A stretch of 64,000 nt of DNA from Podarcis bocagei (taxonomy: Eukaryota): assembly GCA_964188305.1 (NCBI GenBank), contig OZ076895.1, one strand, 5' to 3'. Below the pieces are notes generated by a model, which saw nothing but the letters and a program-made list of their open reading frames with translations, did no database searches and was not told where the DNA came from. Positions 63,256-64,000 of this stretch are shown here, one piece after another. Numbering within the stretch: the stretch's first letter is position 1; every line of letters starts with the position of its first letter. A program made the translations under genes and the position numbers.

Positions 63256-63774
63256 CTGCAAGACAAAAGGCACACGACGTGTGTTCCGACGTTCATCTAC
63301 TCTTTGGCTTAGCCATGTCTTGACTCACATTGCCAGGCTGAATGTTACGGGGGGCCCTCCTTGTTGCTTCGTCCCATGGCTTTTTCTCAGAGAGATGTTT
63401 TGTGCTTAGAAACTGTTTTCCTTTCTGAATCTCGGGATTTTAAACATTAGCATTTTAACAGGGATTTGGTGTAAGAATTGTCATTGCACATCCTGTGCTT
63501 TCTCTGGGTGAGTCCCTATGCAACTTCTTTCTATCTGCATCTTCTTGGAAAGGGGAACTATGAGCAGAAAATGATGGGAAAAGAGAGGAAGCTGGGTCCA
63601 AATATGCCCTTCTCCTCACAAAAGGGCTGTTCTACGTCTCACACGAGATCACTCTGCGATCCAAAGCTGCGTTTATGTAAGCAAAAGCACATGAACTGCC
63701 ATAGAATCTGCCTATTATCACACTGTGTGGACACCTAAGCATTTGCAGGACACTCCTCGTGTCAGTTCCCCTTA

Positions 63775-63968
63775 GGGGAAGGGGCCATACCTCAACGGCA
63801 GAACAACTGCTCTGCATGCATCAGGTCATGGGTTCAATTCCAGCCGCCACCAGCTAAGGCTGGGGAAAATTGTCTCTCAAACCCAGGAGAGGCAATGTCA
63901 GTCACCATAGGCAATATTGCTGTAGATGGACCGCTGGCCTGACTTGGTATAAAGCAGCTTCCTATGTT
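63775..63968 (+). mobile_element. Degenerate tRNA-derived SINE (Squam3-like)
   Basis: GGGTTCAATTCC B box; 3' end GATGGACC...CTGACTTGGTATAAAGCAGCTTCCTATGT. Confidence 0.7.
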
Positions 63969-64000
63969 TGCAATCCTTTGGGTCTAGCTTTACTATGTGA

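Overview
Eukaryotic (vertebrate) genomic DNA, most likely a squamate and probably a lacertid lizard, judging by Sauria SINEs and a tRNA-Lys/CR1-tailed SINE. The + strand carries the whole coding region of CDK17 (PCTAIRE-2): 16 GT-AG coding exons from ATG 8596 to TAG 50550, 1572 nt, 523 aa. Its non-coding first exon appears to lie upstream of the window. The - strand carries the last two coding exons and 3'UTR of ELK3, tail-to-tail with CDK17 as in mammals. Introns hold many short transposable elements: TA-flanked Tc1/mariner-type MITEs, hAT MITEs, Sauria and other tRNA-derived SINEs, CR1/L2 fragments and two inverted Penelope-type remnants. Most notable: (1) decayed minimal hammerhead ribozyme motifs in the Penelope-type hairpins; (2) three retro-insertions of different classes, each with an extra 5' copy of the target site; (3) TE-borne CCGGAAGT ETS motifs next to an ETS gene; (4) a tandem splice donor that could swap the CDK17 C-terminus; (5) a CpG-retaining patch and a candidate alternative first exon in intron 2. 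Most ORFs in the supplied track are spurious. Gene and TE family identities rest on my recall of these families, not on database searches.
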